From assembly GCA_021791415.1 (NCBI GenBank), contig JAJYWQ010000058.1, positions 1,507-65,506 on the forward strand: a stretch of 64,000 nt of DNA, read 5' to 3'. Under the pieces are notes generated by a model. That model saw only the letters and a program-made list of their open reading frames with translations. It was not told the DNA's origin and did no database searches. The translations under genes were made by a program, and so were the position numbers. Positions 8,712 through 18,016 of this stretch are shown here, in pieces. The DNA comes from a bacterium. Lineage in GTDB: Bacteria > Chloroflexota > Dormibacteria > Aeolococcales > Bog-877. The stretch's first letter is position 1; the number at the start of each line of letters is the position of its first letter.

Positions 8712-10739
8712 ATGGGCGGGGACGAGACGTCGGGTGCCCCTGCCTGGGGGACAGGGCCGGTCCCTGAGGGGACACTCCTCTGGGAGCCTCCCGCCGCCCT
8801 GCGTCGGGAGGCACGCCTGAGCCACTACCAGCGATGGCTGGAGGAGACTGGGCTGGTGGACGCCCGCTCGTACTCCGAGTTGTGGAACTGGTCGGTGGAG
8901 GACCCGGGGAGGTTCTGGGAGAGCGTCTGGACCTACTTTGGCGTGGACGCCCACGCCCCTTACGAGGTGGCTCTCGCCGACCGCGCCATGCCCGCGGCTC
9001 GGTGGTTCCCCGGGGCGAGGCTGAATTACGCGGAGCACGCCCTGAGGGCGCTCGAGCCGGGTCGAGCCCATGTGATCGCGGTGAACGAAGCAGGGAGCCG
9101 CCGAGACTTGTCGGGCGCCGAACTGACCTCCCAGGTGGGGGCGCTGGCCCAGCACCTGCGCCAGGCGGGAGTCGGCCCGGGTGACCGGGTGGCGGCGTAC
9201 CTCCCCAATGTTCCCGAGGCCCTGGTGGGTCTCCTGGCATCCGCCAGCATCGGGGCCATCTGGTCGAGCTGCTCTCCGGACTTCGGCGAGCGCGCGGTCC
9301 TCGATCGTTTCCAGCAGATCGGGCCCAAGGTCCTGATCGCCTGCCGCAGCTACCACTTCGCGGGCAGGGAGTTCGATCGCACCCCCACTGTCCTGGCCCT
9401 GGTGGCGGGGCTGCCCAGCCTCGCCGAGGTTGTGTGGGTGGGGATTCCGCCAAGCCGCCAGTCCTCCACTTCGGCGAAACATCTCTCCTGGGAGATGGCC
9501 ACCTCTCTGGACTCCTCCCCTGAGTTCACGCCGGTTCCCTTCGACCACCCGCTCTGGGTCCTTTACTCCTCGGGGACCACCGGCCTGCCCAAGCCCATCG
9601 TCCATGGGCACGGGGGCATCCTGCTCGAGCACCTGAAGGCCCTGGCGCTGCACTCGGACCTTAGGTCCGGCGACCGCTTCTTCTGGTTCACCACCACGGG
9701 CTGGATGATGTGGAACTACCTCGTCTCCGGACTCCTGCTTGGGGCCACCGTGGTCCTCTACGACGGGAGCCCGAGCCATCCCGGGGCGTCGCGGCTCTGG
9801 GAACTGGTCAGCGAGCTTGGTGTCACCCACTTCGGGACCTCCGCAGGGCATATCGCGGCGGGCATGAAGGCGGGCCTCCAGCCGGGGGAGGCTCTCGACC
9901 TGTCCACCCTGCGGCTGCTGGGATCAACGGGCTCCCCGCTTTCTCCAGAAGCCTTCGACTGGGTGTACCGCCAGGTGAAACAGGACGTCTGGCTCACCTC
10001 CATCAGCGGGGGCACTGACGTGTGCACGGCATTCTTGTTGGGCTGTCCCTGGCTCCCGGTGCGGGCTGGCGTCATCCAGTGTCGAGGACTGGGAGCCGCG
10101 GTCTCGGCCTTTGACCAGGACGGGCGGCCGCTCACGGGCGAGGTCGGGGAACTGGTCATCACGGAGCCACTGCCGTCCATGCCGGTCGCTCTGTGGGGTG
10201 ATCGGGATGGCAGCCGCTATCGGGAGAGCTACTTCTCCGTGTATCCCGGCGTCTGGCGCCACGGGGACTGGGTCAAGGTCCGCCAGGACGGCGGCATCGT
10301 GATGTACGGGCGCTCGGACTCCACCATCAACCGACACGGGATCCGGATGGGTACGGCCGAGATCTACCGGGCGGTGGAGGAGCTGCCGGAGGTCGTGGAC
10401 AGCCTGGTGGTGGACGTCCCCGTCCCGGGCGGGGACACCTTCATGCCGCTGTTCCTGGTGCTGGGGCCGGGAGTTGAACTGGAGGAGGACTTGGTGGCCA
10501 TGGTGAAGGCCAAGGTGCGCGACCAGGTCTCGCCCAGGCATGTTCCCGACCTGGTGCTGCGGGTACCGGAGATCCCCAAGACTCTGAGCGGAAAGAAGCT
10601 CGAGGTGCCGGTGAAGCGGATCCTCAGCGGTGAGGACCCCGATCGAGCCCTGAGCCGGGAATCGTTGCAGAACCCGGCCGCCCTGGAGCCGTTCCTGGAA
10701 CTCGCTCACCGGGCCCGGGAGTGGCTGCCGGGCGCCTGA
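8712..10739 (+). CDS. Acetoacetate--CoA ligase
   Basis: WFPGARLNYAEH, YSSGTTGLPKPIVHGHGG, TTTGWMMWN, SISGGTDVC, WRHGDW, GRSDSTINR, SGKKLEVPVK. Confidence 0.92.
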   Translation: MGGDETSGAPAWGTGPVPEGTLLWEPPAALRREARLSHYQRWLEETGLVDARSYSELWNWSVEDPGRFWESVWTYFGVDAHAPYEVALADRAMPAARWFPGARLNYAEHALRALEPGRAHVIAVNEAGSRRDLSGAELTSQVGALAQHLRQAGVGPGDRVAAYLPNVPEALVGLLASASIGAIWSSCSPDFGERAVLDRFQQIGPKVLIACRSYHFAGREFDRTPTVLALVAGLPSLAEVVWVGIPPSRQSSTSAKHLSWEMATSLDSSPEFTPVPFDHPLWVLYSSGTTGLPKPIVHGHGGILLEHLKALALHSDLRSGDRFFWFTTTGWMMWNYLVSGLLLGATVVLYDGSPSHPGASRLWELVSELGVTHFGTSAGHIAAGMKAGLQPGEALDLSTLRLLGSTGSPLSPEAFDWVYRQVKQDVWLTSISGGTDVCTAFLLGCPWLPVRAGVIQCRGLGAAVSAFDQDGRPLTGEVGELVITEPLPSMPVALWGDRDGSRYRESYFSVYPGVWRHGDWVKVRQDGGIVMYGRSDSTINRHGIRMGTAEIYRAVEELPEVVDSLVVDVPVPGGDTFMPLFLVLGPGVELEEDLVAMVKAKVRDQVSPRHVPDLVLRVPEIPKTLSGKKLEVPVKRILSGEDPDRALSRESLQNPAALEPFLELAHRAREWLPGA

Positions 10740-10847
10740 GTCCTGTCGGGGGCCGGGATCCTTACCACCTTCCCATATCATCGGGGGAGATGCGCCCCAA
10801 CCATCCGATCTCGCCCCTTTATGAGGTAGCCGCGGTTCGGCGGCCCC

Positions 10848-11771
10848 ATGGCCGGAGGTAGGCGGCGGAGCGCCGCCCTGGCCGCCCTGGCGGTCGGGGG
10901 AGGCGGGGTGGCAGCCCGGTCCGCCCGCCTGCTCTGGCGGCGGCGCGAGGTGAATTGGTCAGCCCCGGAGCGTTTCACGCAGGATGCCTATCTCAGCTGC
11001 CAGACCATGGGCTCCGGTCCCAGCCCGGTGCTGCTGCTCCACCCCTTGGGTGACACGTCCAGCTACTTCGGTTCCGCCTTTGACGAGCTGGCCGCCCCGG
11101 GTCCGTTGCTGGTGCCCGATCTGCTGGGCTTCGGTGGGTCTCCGCCATCGGAGGCCGGGTATGGCCCGGACGATCACGCCGATGCGCTGGCGCGGATGCT
11201 GGACCTCTTGGAGGTGAGGGAGCCGGCGCTGGTGGTGGGCCACGGCCTCGGCGGCGTCATCGGCCTCCGCCTGGCCGTCAGGCATCCCGGGCGGGTTCGG
11301 GCGCTGGTGGCGATCTCGCCCCAGATCTACTCCGACCCTGCCTCGGCGCACCAGCACCTGCGCCGGGCCGGTCTGCGGGTGCCCCCCCTGCGAGGATGGC
11401 TTCCGGCTCGAACCGGAAGGCGGGCCGCGCGGCGGGCGCTCGCGCCTGCCATCTCCGCCGACGTGCCCTCCCGGGTGGCGAGGGACAGGCACGACTCCAA
11501 GGGCAGTGCGGCGTACCGTGGCACCCTGGTCTCCTGCCTGATCGAGGCCCGCGCCGCCGACTGGTTCCCCGACGTGACCTGTCCGGTCGATCTGGTGCTG
11601 CCGGCTGGCGATCGCAGCCTCGAGGTAGGGCTTCTCGAGAAGGTCTCCTCCGAAAACCCGTCGGTCCGGCTGACGCAGCTCATGTTCGGCGACTACCGGC
11701 TTCCGCTCACACATCCGGATGGCTGCCTCGCCGCCGTGGACCGGTTTCGGGAGGAGCTGGCGGCGACATAG
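10848..11771 (+). CDS. Alpha/beta-hydrolase fold protein with N-terminal hydrophobic anchor and degenerate catalytic residues
   Basis: PDLLGFGGSP is present, but the nucleophile elbow reads GHGLGG (no Ser) and the His region reads GDYRLP. Confidence 0.7.
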   Translation: MAGGRRRSAALAALAVGGGGVAARSARLLWRRREVNWSAPERFTQDAYLSCQTMGSGPSPVLLLHPLGDTSSYFGSAFDELAAPGPLLVPDLLGFGGSPPSEAGYGPDDHADALARMLDLLEVREPALVVGHGLGGVIGLRLAVRHPGRVRALVAISPQIYSDPASAHQHLRRAGLRVPPLRGWLPARTGRRAARRALAPAISADVPSRVARDRHDSKGSAAYRGTLVSCLIEARAADWFPDVTCPVDLVLPAGDRSLEVGLLEKVSSENPSVRLTQLMFGDYRLPLTHPDGCLAAVDRFREELAAT

Positions 11772-11841
11772 CCGCCGGGGCCGAAGCGTCGGCTGGGTGA
11801 TCCAGCCGAGGCGGTGCTCGGGCGCTAATCTGAGCGGGAAT

Positions 11842-11913
11842 TGGGGCGTCGCCAAGTGGTAAGGCAGGGGACTTTGGATCCCCCATTCGAAGGTTCGAAT
11901 CCTTCCGCCCCAG
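11842..11913 (+). tRNA. tRNA-Gln(TTG)
   Basis: Acceptor TGGGGCG/CGCCCCA, D loop GCCAAGTGGTAAGGC, anticodon arm GGGGA-CTTTGGA-TCCCC, T arm GAAGG-TTCGAAT-CCTTC. CCA not encoded. Confidence 0.96.
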
Positions 11914-12249
11914 CGCCCCAATCTCAGTCCTGCCTCTGGCGGCGGTGTCAACCCGGTCGGCGGCTGGATCTCAACCTGCTCCCGACCTTGGTGCACATGG
12001 CCAGGATGGCGAACCGAGCCCCCTTGCGAGCGGGGGTGGGGACCAGATGCTGGTCGTGGTCGCCCGCCAGAAGCTGAGAAGGAGGAGGAGGAGGGAAGTT
12101 CCCAAGGTGAAGCTGAGGGCCGACTGGCCCCTGAGGCGCGGCAGGCACCGAGGCGGACGACGTGCACGCGGGCCTGGGGCCGGGGCCAGGCGCAAGCACA
12201 AGGCGCCATCACTGGGATTGAACGGGGCGCGGTGACTGTGGTCGGGTCG

Positions 12250-12555
12250 TCAGCGGCGAGAAAAGCCCTGGACCACCTCCATCACCTCATCCAGGTACTG
12301 GTCGCCCTCCCCCCGCCTGATCCCGTCAGACACACAGTGGGCGAGGTGCTCGCGCAGAAGTAGGAAGCCGATCTGCTCCAGGGCTGCGGTGGCCGAGCGG
12401 ATCTGGATGAGCACCTCCGGGCAGTAGCGCTCCTCCTCGACCATGCGGGCGATCCCGGCCACCTGGCCCTCCACCTTGCGAAAGCGCTGGAGAAGCTGGG
12501 GTTTCGTAGCCTGGTAGGAGCCGCGGCGGCCGGTGCCGGCTGGTGCAGAGCTCAT
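12250..12555 (-). CDS. csoR: CsoR/RcnR-family metal-sensing repressor
   Basis: RFRKVEGQVAGIARMVEEERYCPEVLIQI...EHLAHCV contains the Cys-His-Cys Cu(I) ligand set. Confidence 0.88.
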   Translation of the reverse strand: MSSAPAGTGRRGSYQATKPQLLQRFRKVEGQVAGIARMVEEERYCPEVLIQIRSATAALEQIGFLLLREHLAHCVSDGIRRGEGDQYLDEVMEVVQGFSRR

Positions 12556-14213
12556 GCCCCGCCCGCGCCGCCTGAACCCGCGAGGCCCGCCGCCGCCGCC
12601 AACCGGCGTTGGAACTCGGCGCTGCATGCCTCAGAGCAGAAGTAGTGGGTCAAGCCCGCGAGTTGGAAGCTGGACGCCGCCGCGGCGGCGTCGATCTCCA
12701 TCCCGCAGACCGGGTCGGTCACCCGCCTCGAAGCCAGGCGGGGATCCAGGAAGCGGCCGGGGTCGGCGGCGAATCGGTCCCGGCAGGACAGCGCGCAGAA
12801 GTAGTAAGTGGCGCCATCGTGGGTGAGGGTGGCCGTGGCGTGCTGCCGGTCCACCTCCATCCCGCAGACGGGGTCGACGGCGGAGCGGGCACCTACACCT
12901 CGCGGGGCAGCGTCGGGCATTGGGGTTCCTCCCTGTTCAGGTGAGCCGGTCTCGGAGGCCATCCGGTCGCGGCAACGATCGGAGCAGAAGTAGATGGTCG
13001 ACCCCGCGAGCACCAGGGTCGCCGGGGCGTTGGCGATCTCCACCTGCATGCCGCAGATGGGGTCTATGGCGTAGCCGGCGCTGCCGCCGGCCACGCGGCG
13101 GCGCCGGTACTCCCAGAAGATGGCGGCCAGGGCGACCAGGGCCAGGAGGTCCAGGACACTCGTGTAGTTCATGGCGAAGGCGTTGGTTACCAGCTGCGTG
13201 GGCCGCCCCGGAGGAGCGATCCCAACCGCCTGGAAGAGGTACTGGACCATAAGGCCGGCGGCCGACATCACCACCCAGAAAGCCAGCAGCATCCGCAGGG
13301 CGAGCCTCCAACCGTAGAAGCGGCGGTAGATGAGGAGCAGCGGCATGCTGATCAGGTCGGCGAATACGAAGCTGACCACCCCTCCGAAGCTGATCCCTCC
13401 CTTCCACAGCGCGGCGGCCAGGGGCACGTTGCCAACTGAGCAAACGAAGCTGATGATGGCAATGAAGGGTCCGATGACCGCGTTCTCCAGCGAGGACCAG
13501 AAGCCGTGGCCGGTGAGGAACAGTGCCTGCCAGGCCGAACTCGGCACCAGCGCTGCCAGAAAGCCCGCCACGAGGAAACCGATTGCCAGCTCGCGGCGAA
13601 GCATTGTCAGATCGGCAGCGGCGTAGGCGGCGGCATCGCTCCACCCCTCCCGGGTGCGCATCCTCGCCCGCCAGCCGGCTTCCCGCGGGTCCGGTGCAGG
13701 GTGCGGAGCTGCGCAGCTGGCCACCTCTTCGTCGCCGGCCGCCCCGGCGTTCAGCCGTCTCCGAGCCCGCTCCACCAACTGACGCGGGAAGAGAACCCGG
13801 GCCACCAGCGCCAGGAGGGCAATCATGAGCAGCCCCCCGACGAACTCGCTGGCCGTGAACTGCCAGCCGATGAGCACGGCGAGCACCACCCCGAGTTCGA
13901 TCACCAGGTTGGTGGAGGCGAACATGAACACCATGGCGGCGACGAAGTCGGCCCCCTTGGCGAAGAGCGACTTGGCCATCGCCGATGCTGCATAGGAGCA
14001 AGAGGAGGAGGCGGCCCCGAACCCTGCCGCCCGGGTCAACGAGAGCAGCCCCGGGCGGCCCAAGGCGGAACTCATCTCCCGGCGGGATACGAATGCCTGA
14101 ACGCCGCCCGAGAGCATGAACCCCAGGGTGAGGGCCCAGAGGGTCTCCCAGACCATGGCCAGGGCCTCACGCAGCCCCGCCCCGACCGAGCCCAGAACGT
14201 GTAGCGCGAGCAT
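12552..14213 (-). CDS. DUF318/ArsP-type permease fused to three C-terminal YHS metal-binding domains
   Basis: SSSCSYAA, FASTNLVIELG and FVCSVGNVP permease motifs, then three DP(I/V)CGM...YFC repeats. RBS GAGGAGG precedes ATG14213. Confidence 0.85.
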   Translation of the reverse strand: MLALHVLGSVGAGLREALAMVWETLWALTLGFMLSGGVQAFVSRREMSSALGRPGLLSLTRAAGFGAASSSCSYAASAMAKSLFAKGADFVAAMVFMFASTNLVIELGVVLAVLIGWQFTASEFVGGLLMIALLALVARVLFPRQLVERARRRLNAGAAGDEEVASCAAPHPAPDPREAGWRARMRTREGWSDAAAYAAADLTMLRRELAIGFLVAGFLAALVPSSAWQALFLTGHGFWSSLENAVIGPFIAIISFVCSVGNVPLAAALWKGGISFGGVVSFVFADLISMPLLLIYRRFYGWRLALRMLLAFWVVMSAAGLMVQYLFQAVGIAPPGRPTQLVTNAFAMNYTSVLDLLALVALAAIFWEYRRRRVAGGSAGYAIDPICGMQVEIANAPATLVLAGSTIYFCSDRCRDRMASETGSPEQGGTPMPDAAPRGVGARSAVDPVCGMEVDRQHATATLTHDGATYYFCALSCRDRFAADPGRFLDPRLASRRVTDPVCGMEIDAAAAASSFQLAGLTHYFCSEACSAEFQRRLAAAAGLAGSGGAGGA

Positions 14214-14235
14214 CGCTGCGACCTCCTCAGGCATG

Positions 14236-14252
14236 ATACCCCCGGGGGGCAT
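14236..14252. promoter_or_regulatory. CsoR operator overlapping the -10 (TATCAT) of the permease-csoR operon
   Basis: ATACCCCCGGGGGGCAT pseudo-palindrome with C/G tracts, the known CsoR operator style. Confidence 0.75.
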
Positions 14253-14264
14253 AGGCCTCTGGTC

Positions 14265-15176
14265 TCAGAAGGGGGGAGGGGGCACCAGGAGGACTCCCAG
14301 GACCAGCTGGCCGCGCCGGCGGGCCAGCTGCTGGATGGTGCGGAGGACGCTGGCCGCGGCGGGTGAGATGGACTCGGCCCAGAGCTGGAACCCCTGGTTC
14401 AGGACCTCGAGCTCGCGGATTTGGGGGACGGTCGCGCGGAGTGCCTGCTGCACCTCCTCAGGAAGGGGGTCGGACTCCAGGCTCTTCACCCAGTCGGCGG
14501 CCACCTGGCGAGGGGTCGAGCGGGCTTTCGGCTCGGAGAGCGCCAAGATCGCAGAGGCCAGCTCCCGCACCCTGCCGAAGAGAACCTCGTTACCCCGGGC
14601 GCGGGCCAGCCGCTCCAAGACCTCCGTTACGGGAGCGGGTAGGAGCATGCGGCCCAGGATCGGGGAGACCGGCAGTGCCCAGCCCCCGCCCAGGATGTCC
14701 GCCCACTCTCCCGCGGCCTCCTCGGAGAGAGGGCGGCGGAGTCGGCCGAAGATCCCCAGGCTCTCTCGAGGGGTGGAGTGAGCCGCGGCCAGGTAGGCGG
14801 CCACCGCCTCCGCGCTCGCCTCCTCGGACTCGAGGGCACGGTCCACCGCCTGGAGCAGGCCGTCCAAACGGGACCGCTCCTGCTCCAGGGTGCGGCGGTG
14901 CCGCTCCAGAGCCGGCCGAAGAGATTCCTCCGCGCCCAGGCGCGGAAGGCTTGCCGAGATCTCGGCAAGGCTCATACCCAGGCTGCGCAGCAGATCGATC
15001 TGGAGGAGCAGGAGCAGCTCGCCAGCGCCGAAGTAGCGGTAGCCGCTGGGAGTTCGTGCCGGGTTCACCAGCCCCAGTCGTTGATAGTGCCGGATGCGTC
15101 CGGGCGTGACCCCGGTCAGCTTGGCCGCCTCTCCGATCTTGAGGCGGGGGGACGCGTCCGCATCAAATGAGCTCAC
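14265..15176 (-). CDS. MerR-family transcriptional regulator
   Basis: LKIGEAAKLTGVTPGRIRHYQRLGLV..RTPSGYRYF..LRSLGMSLAEI HTH plus coiled coil; about 170-aa C-terminal domain of unknown ligand. Confidence 0.9.
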   Translation of the reverse strand: MSSFDADASPRLKIGEAAKLTGVTPGRIRHYQRLGLVNPARTPSGYRYFGAGELLLLLQIDLLRSLGMSLAEISASLPRLGAEESLRPALERHRRTLEQERSRLDGLLQAVDRALESEEASAEAVAAYLAAAHSTPRESLGIFGRLRRPLSEEAAGEWADILGGGWALPVSPILGRMLLPAPVTEVLERLARARGNEVLFGRVRELASAILALSEPKARSTPRQVAADWVKSLESDPLPEEVQQALRATVPQIRELEVLNQGFQLWAESISPAAASVLRTIQQLARRRGQLVLGVLLVPPPPF

Positions 15177-15179
15177 GGC

Positions 15180-15211
15180 TTGACTCTACGACGGTTTCAA
15201 GGTTTAGAGTC
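15180..15211. promoter_or_regulatory. Divergent MerR-type promoter: TTGACT-19 bp-TAGAGT for hpnH, with an overlapping -10 TAGAGT for leaderless merR
   Basis: -35 at 15180-15185, 19-nt spacer, -10 at 15205-15210. Inverted repeat GACTCTA (15182-15188) / TAGAGTC (15205-15211). Confidence 0.75.
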
Positions 15212-15262
15212 CTAAACGATCAAGCCAGGCAGGGCCGTCACCCGAGCGGCCGGAGGAAGCAG

Positions 15263-16267
15263 ATGTCGATCCCGGTGCGACAGAAGATCAAGGTTGGCAC
15301 CTACCTCATGTCCCAACGCCTGCGCGGGGTGAAGAAGTTCCCCCTGGTGCTGCAACTGGAGCCCCTCTATCAGTGCAACCTGGAGTGTGTCGGTTGCGGC
15401 AAGATCCAGCACCCCGATGACATCCTGCGCCGCCGTTTGAGCGTGCAGCAGTGCGTCGACGCCGTCGAGGAGTGCGGGGCCCCGGTGGTCTCGATCGCTG
15501 GGGGTGAGCCCCTGGTGCACAAGGAGATCGACCAGATCACCCAAGCCCTGCTGGAGCGCAAGAAGTACGTCTACCTCTGCACCAACGCCATCCTCATGGA
15601 GCGCAAGCTGGACCTCTTCAAGCCCCACCCGTACTTCGCCTGGTCGGTGCATCTGGACGGGCTGCGGGACCGCCATGACGAGTCGGTGAGCCGCAAGGGG
15701 GTCTTCGACAAGGCTGTTGCTGCCATCCGGGAGGCCAAGCGGCGGGGATTCCGGGTCACCACCAACACCACCTTCTTCACCCACGACAGCGCCAAGTCGG
15801 TTCGTGAGGTGCTGGACTTCCTCAATGACGACCTGCAGGTGGACAACATGCAGATCTCCCCGGCCTACGCCTACGAGAAGGCACCAGACCAGGAGCACTT
15901 CATGGGTGTGGACCGCACACGGGCGATCTTCCGTGAGGCCTTCTCCGAGGGTCGGCGCGGGAAGTGGCGGCTCAACCACTCGCCCCTGTTCCTGGACTTT
16001 TTGGAGGGCAAGGTCGACTTCGAGTGCACCCCCTGGGGCATCCCCTGTTACTCGGTCTTCGGCTGGCAGCGGCCCTGCTACCTGCTGGCGGATGGGTACG
16101 CCAGCACCTACAAGGAGCTCCTCGAGACCACCGACTGGGACCAGTACGGCCGCGGGCGCAACCCCAAGTGCGAGAACTGCATGGCCCACGCCGGGTACGA
16201 GCCCACCGCGGTGCTTAGGACTTTGGGTTCCCTCAAGGAGTCGGCGCGGGCGGCGGTGGCCCACTGA
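15263..16267 (+). CDS. hpnH: Adenosyl-hopene transferase, hopanoid radical SAM enzyme
   Basis: KFPLVLQLEPLYQCNLECVGCGKIQHP, SIAGGEPL, CTPWG, WQRPCYLL, WDQYGRGRNPKCENCMAH. RBS GGAGG before ATG15263. Confidence 0.9.
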   Translation: MSIPVRQKIKVGTYLMSQRLRGVKKFPLVLQLEPLYQCNLECVGCGKIQHPDDILRRRLSVQQCVDAVEECGAPVVSIAGGEPLVHKEIDQITQALLERKKYVYLCTNAILMERKLDLFKPHPYFAWSVHLDGLRDRHDESVSRKGVFDKAVAAIREAKRRGFRVTTNTTFFTHDSAKSVREVLDFLNDDLQVDNMQISPAYAYEKAPDQEHFMGVDRTRAIFREAFSEGRRGKWRLNHSPLFLDFLEGKVDFECTPWGIPCYSVFGWQRPCYLLADGYASTYKELLETTDWDQYGRGRNPKCENCMAHAGYEPTAVLRTLGSLKESARAAVAH

Positions 16268-16295
16268 CAATTGGAGCGTTCCGGGACGGCGTACG

Positions 16296-17318
16296 ATGGC
16301 CGGGCCAGTGCAGGTCCTAGATCGGCTATCCCGACCGCTGCGCGACCTCAGGGTCTCGGTCACCGACCGCTGTAACTTCCGCTGCCAGTACTGCATGCCC
16401 CGGGAGGTGTTCGGGCCGGGGTTCCGTTTCCTGCCTCGCTCGGAGGTCCTGACCTTCGAGGAGGTGGAGCGGGTGGTGCGTGTCCTGGTTCCGTTGGGAG
16501 TCTCGAAGGTGCGCCTGACCGGAGGCGAGCCCCTGCTGCGGCGCGACCTGCCCCTGCTGGTGCGCCAGCTTGCCGAGGTGCCGGGGGTCCTGGACCTCGC
16601 GCTAACCACCAACGGGCTCCTACTCGGTCGGATGGCGGACCAGCTGGCCTCGGCCGGGCTGAGACGGGTCACGGTGAGCTTGGACTCTTTGGACCCTGAG
16701 GTCTTCGCCGAGATGAGCGGGGTGGGCGCGCGGCTGGAGGTGGTGGTCGCGGGCATCGAGGCCGCGGTCGCGGCCGGGCTCGGGCCCATCAAGCTCAACT
16801 GCGTAGTCCGCCGGGGCCTCAACGACCGCGGCCTGCTGGAGCTCGCCGCTTTCGCCCGGGACCGGGGCCACGTCTTGAGGTTCATCGAGTACATGGATGT
16901 CGGCGAGAGCCATGGCTGGAGGCTCGACGAGGTGGTGCCCAGCTCCGAGGTGCTGGAGCGGATCGGGCAGCGGTGGGAGCTGGAGCCGGAGGGGCCCACA
17001 TACCCGGGTGAGGTGGCCACCCGCTACCGCTACCGCGACGGTGCCGGCGAGGTGGGGGTCATCTCCTCGGTGAGCCAGCCGTTCTGCGGAGCCTGCACCC
17101 GCCTCCGCCTCAGCGCCGACGGCCACCTCCACACCTGCCTGTTCTCCCGGGGCGGGACCGACCTCCGCCCCACGCTGCGTGGTGGCGCCGGGGACGACCA
17201 GCTGAGCGAACTGGTGCGCGGGATCTGGCATGGGCGGTCCGACCGGTACTCCGAGGAGCGAGCCGGGGGGGTGATGGCCGGGCCCCCCAAGGTGGAGATG
17301 TCCTACCTCGGCGGCTGA
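16296..17318 (+). CDS. moaA: GTP 3',8-cyclase (molybdenum cofactor biosynthesis)
   Basis: LRVSVTDRCNFRCQYCMP, RLTGGEPLLR, RFIEYMDVG, PFCGACTRLRLSADG...CLF, C-terminal MSYLGG. Confidence 0.95.
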   Translation: MAGPVQVLDRLSRPLRDLRVSVTDRCNFRCQYCMPREVFGPGFRFLPRSEVLTFEEVERVVRVLVPLGVSKVRLTGGEPLLRRDLPLLVRQLAEVPGVLDLALTTNGLLLGRMADQLASAGLRRVTVSLDSLDPEVFAEMSGVGARLEVVVAGIEAAVAAGLGPIKLNCVVRRGLNDRGLLELAAFARDRGHVLRFIEYMDVGESHGWRLDEVVPSSEVLERIGQRWELEPEGPTYPGEVATRYRYRDGAGEVGVISSVSQPFCGACTRLRLSADGHLHTCLFSRGGTDLRPTLRGGAGDDQLSELVRGIWHGRSDRYSEERAGGVMAGPPKVEMSYLGG

Positions 17319-18016
17319 GTGCGGGCCGGCACCTCCTGCCAGATGTACCCCACGCCGGGCAGCGTCGTGAGCCAGCGCGGGTGGGCCGGGTCGTCCTCCA
17401 GCTTGGCCCGCAGCCGCTGGACGATCGTTCGGACATAGGTGTGCTCCGCGGTGAAGGCGGGGCCCCAGACCGCGGCCAGGATCTCCCGATGGGTGCGCAC
17501 GCGGCCCCGGTGGCGCCAGAGCTCGTGGAGCACGCCAAGTTCCATCGGGGTAAGCCGGACCGGGACGCCCCGGCGGAGGACCTGGCCCGCCGACACGTCG
17601 AGGCGGAGGTCTCCTGAGACCAGTACCCCCTCAGAGGGTGGGGGAGATGCCCTTCGGAGGCGGGCTTCCACGCGCGCCAGTAGTTCCTGGAGGCTGAATG
17701 GCTTGGCCAGGTAGTCATCGGCCCCCGCGCGCAGCGCCGCCACCTTGTCGGTGTCCTGCCCCCTGGCGCTCACCACCAGGATCAAGGGGTTGGACTCCCA
17801 CTCGCGGACGGTACGAAGGAGGTCCATGCCGTCAATGTCAGGGAGCCCAAGGTCCAGGATGACAAGGTCTACTGGTTCGCTCCCGAGCCGCTTCAGCGCG
17901 GAGCGTCCATCTCCCACCAACTGGACCCGGTGGCCGGAGTCCGAGAGGGCATCGCGAAGGAACCGGCCCATGCCGGAGTCGTCCTCGACCACCAGGATCG
18001 AGCCCCTGTTCTTCAA
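17303..18016 (-). CDS. kdpE: OmpR-family response regulator, KdpE-like
   Basis: ILVVEDD, LDLGLPDIDG, KVAALRAGADDYLAKPF, winged helix LRAKLEDDPAHPRWLTTLPGVGY; lies in the kdp locus. TTG start overlaps the kinase stop. Confidence 0.85.
   Translation of the reverse strand: MKNRGSILVVEDDSGMGRFLRDALSDSGHRVQLVGDGRSALKRLGSEPVDLVILDLGLPDIDGMDLLRTVREWESNPLILVVSARGQDTDKVAALRAGADDYLAKPFSLQELLARVEARLRRASPPPSEGVLVSGDLRLDVSAGQVLRRGVPVRLTPMELGVLHELWRHRGRVRTHREILAAVWGPAFTAEHTYVRTIVQRLRAKLEDDPAHPRWLTTLPGVGYIWQEVPARTQPPR

Noticed and set aside
11914-12249. Region after tRNA-Gln with a GGA run, a CGCCCCA tandem and small ORFs
   Set aside because: No credible coding motif, integrase or recognisable RNA structure.
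16170-16210. HpnH C-terminal motif reads CxxCMAHAGYE rather than HCGYE
   Set aside because: I recall this position varying among HpnH homologues; the radical SAM CxxxCxxC is intact, so this is not evidence of a new function.
15263-17318. hpnH-moaA as a joint two-radical-SAM pathway
   Set aside because: MoaA is canonical, including its C-terminal GG, and has a possible own -10 (TACGAT 16292-16297). The adjacency is probably incidental.
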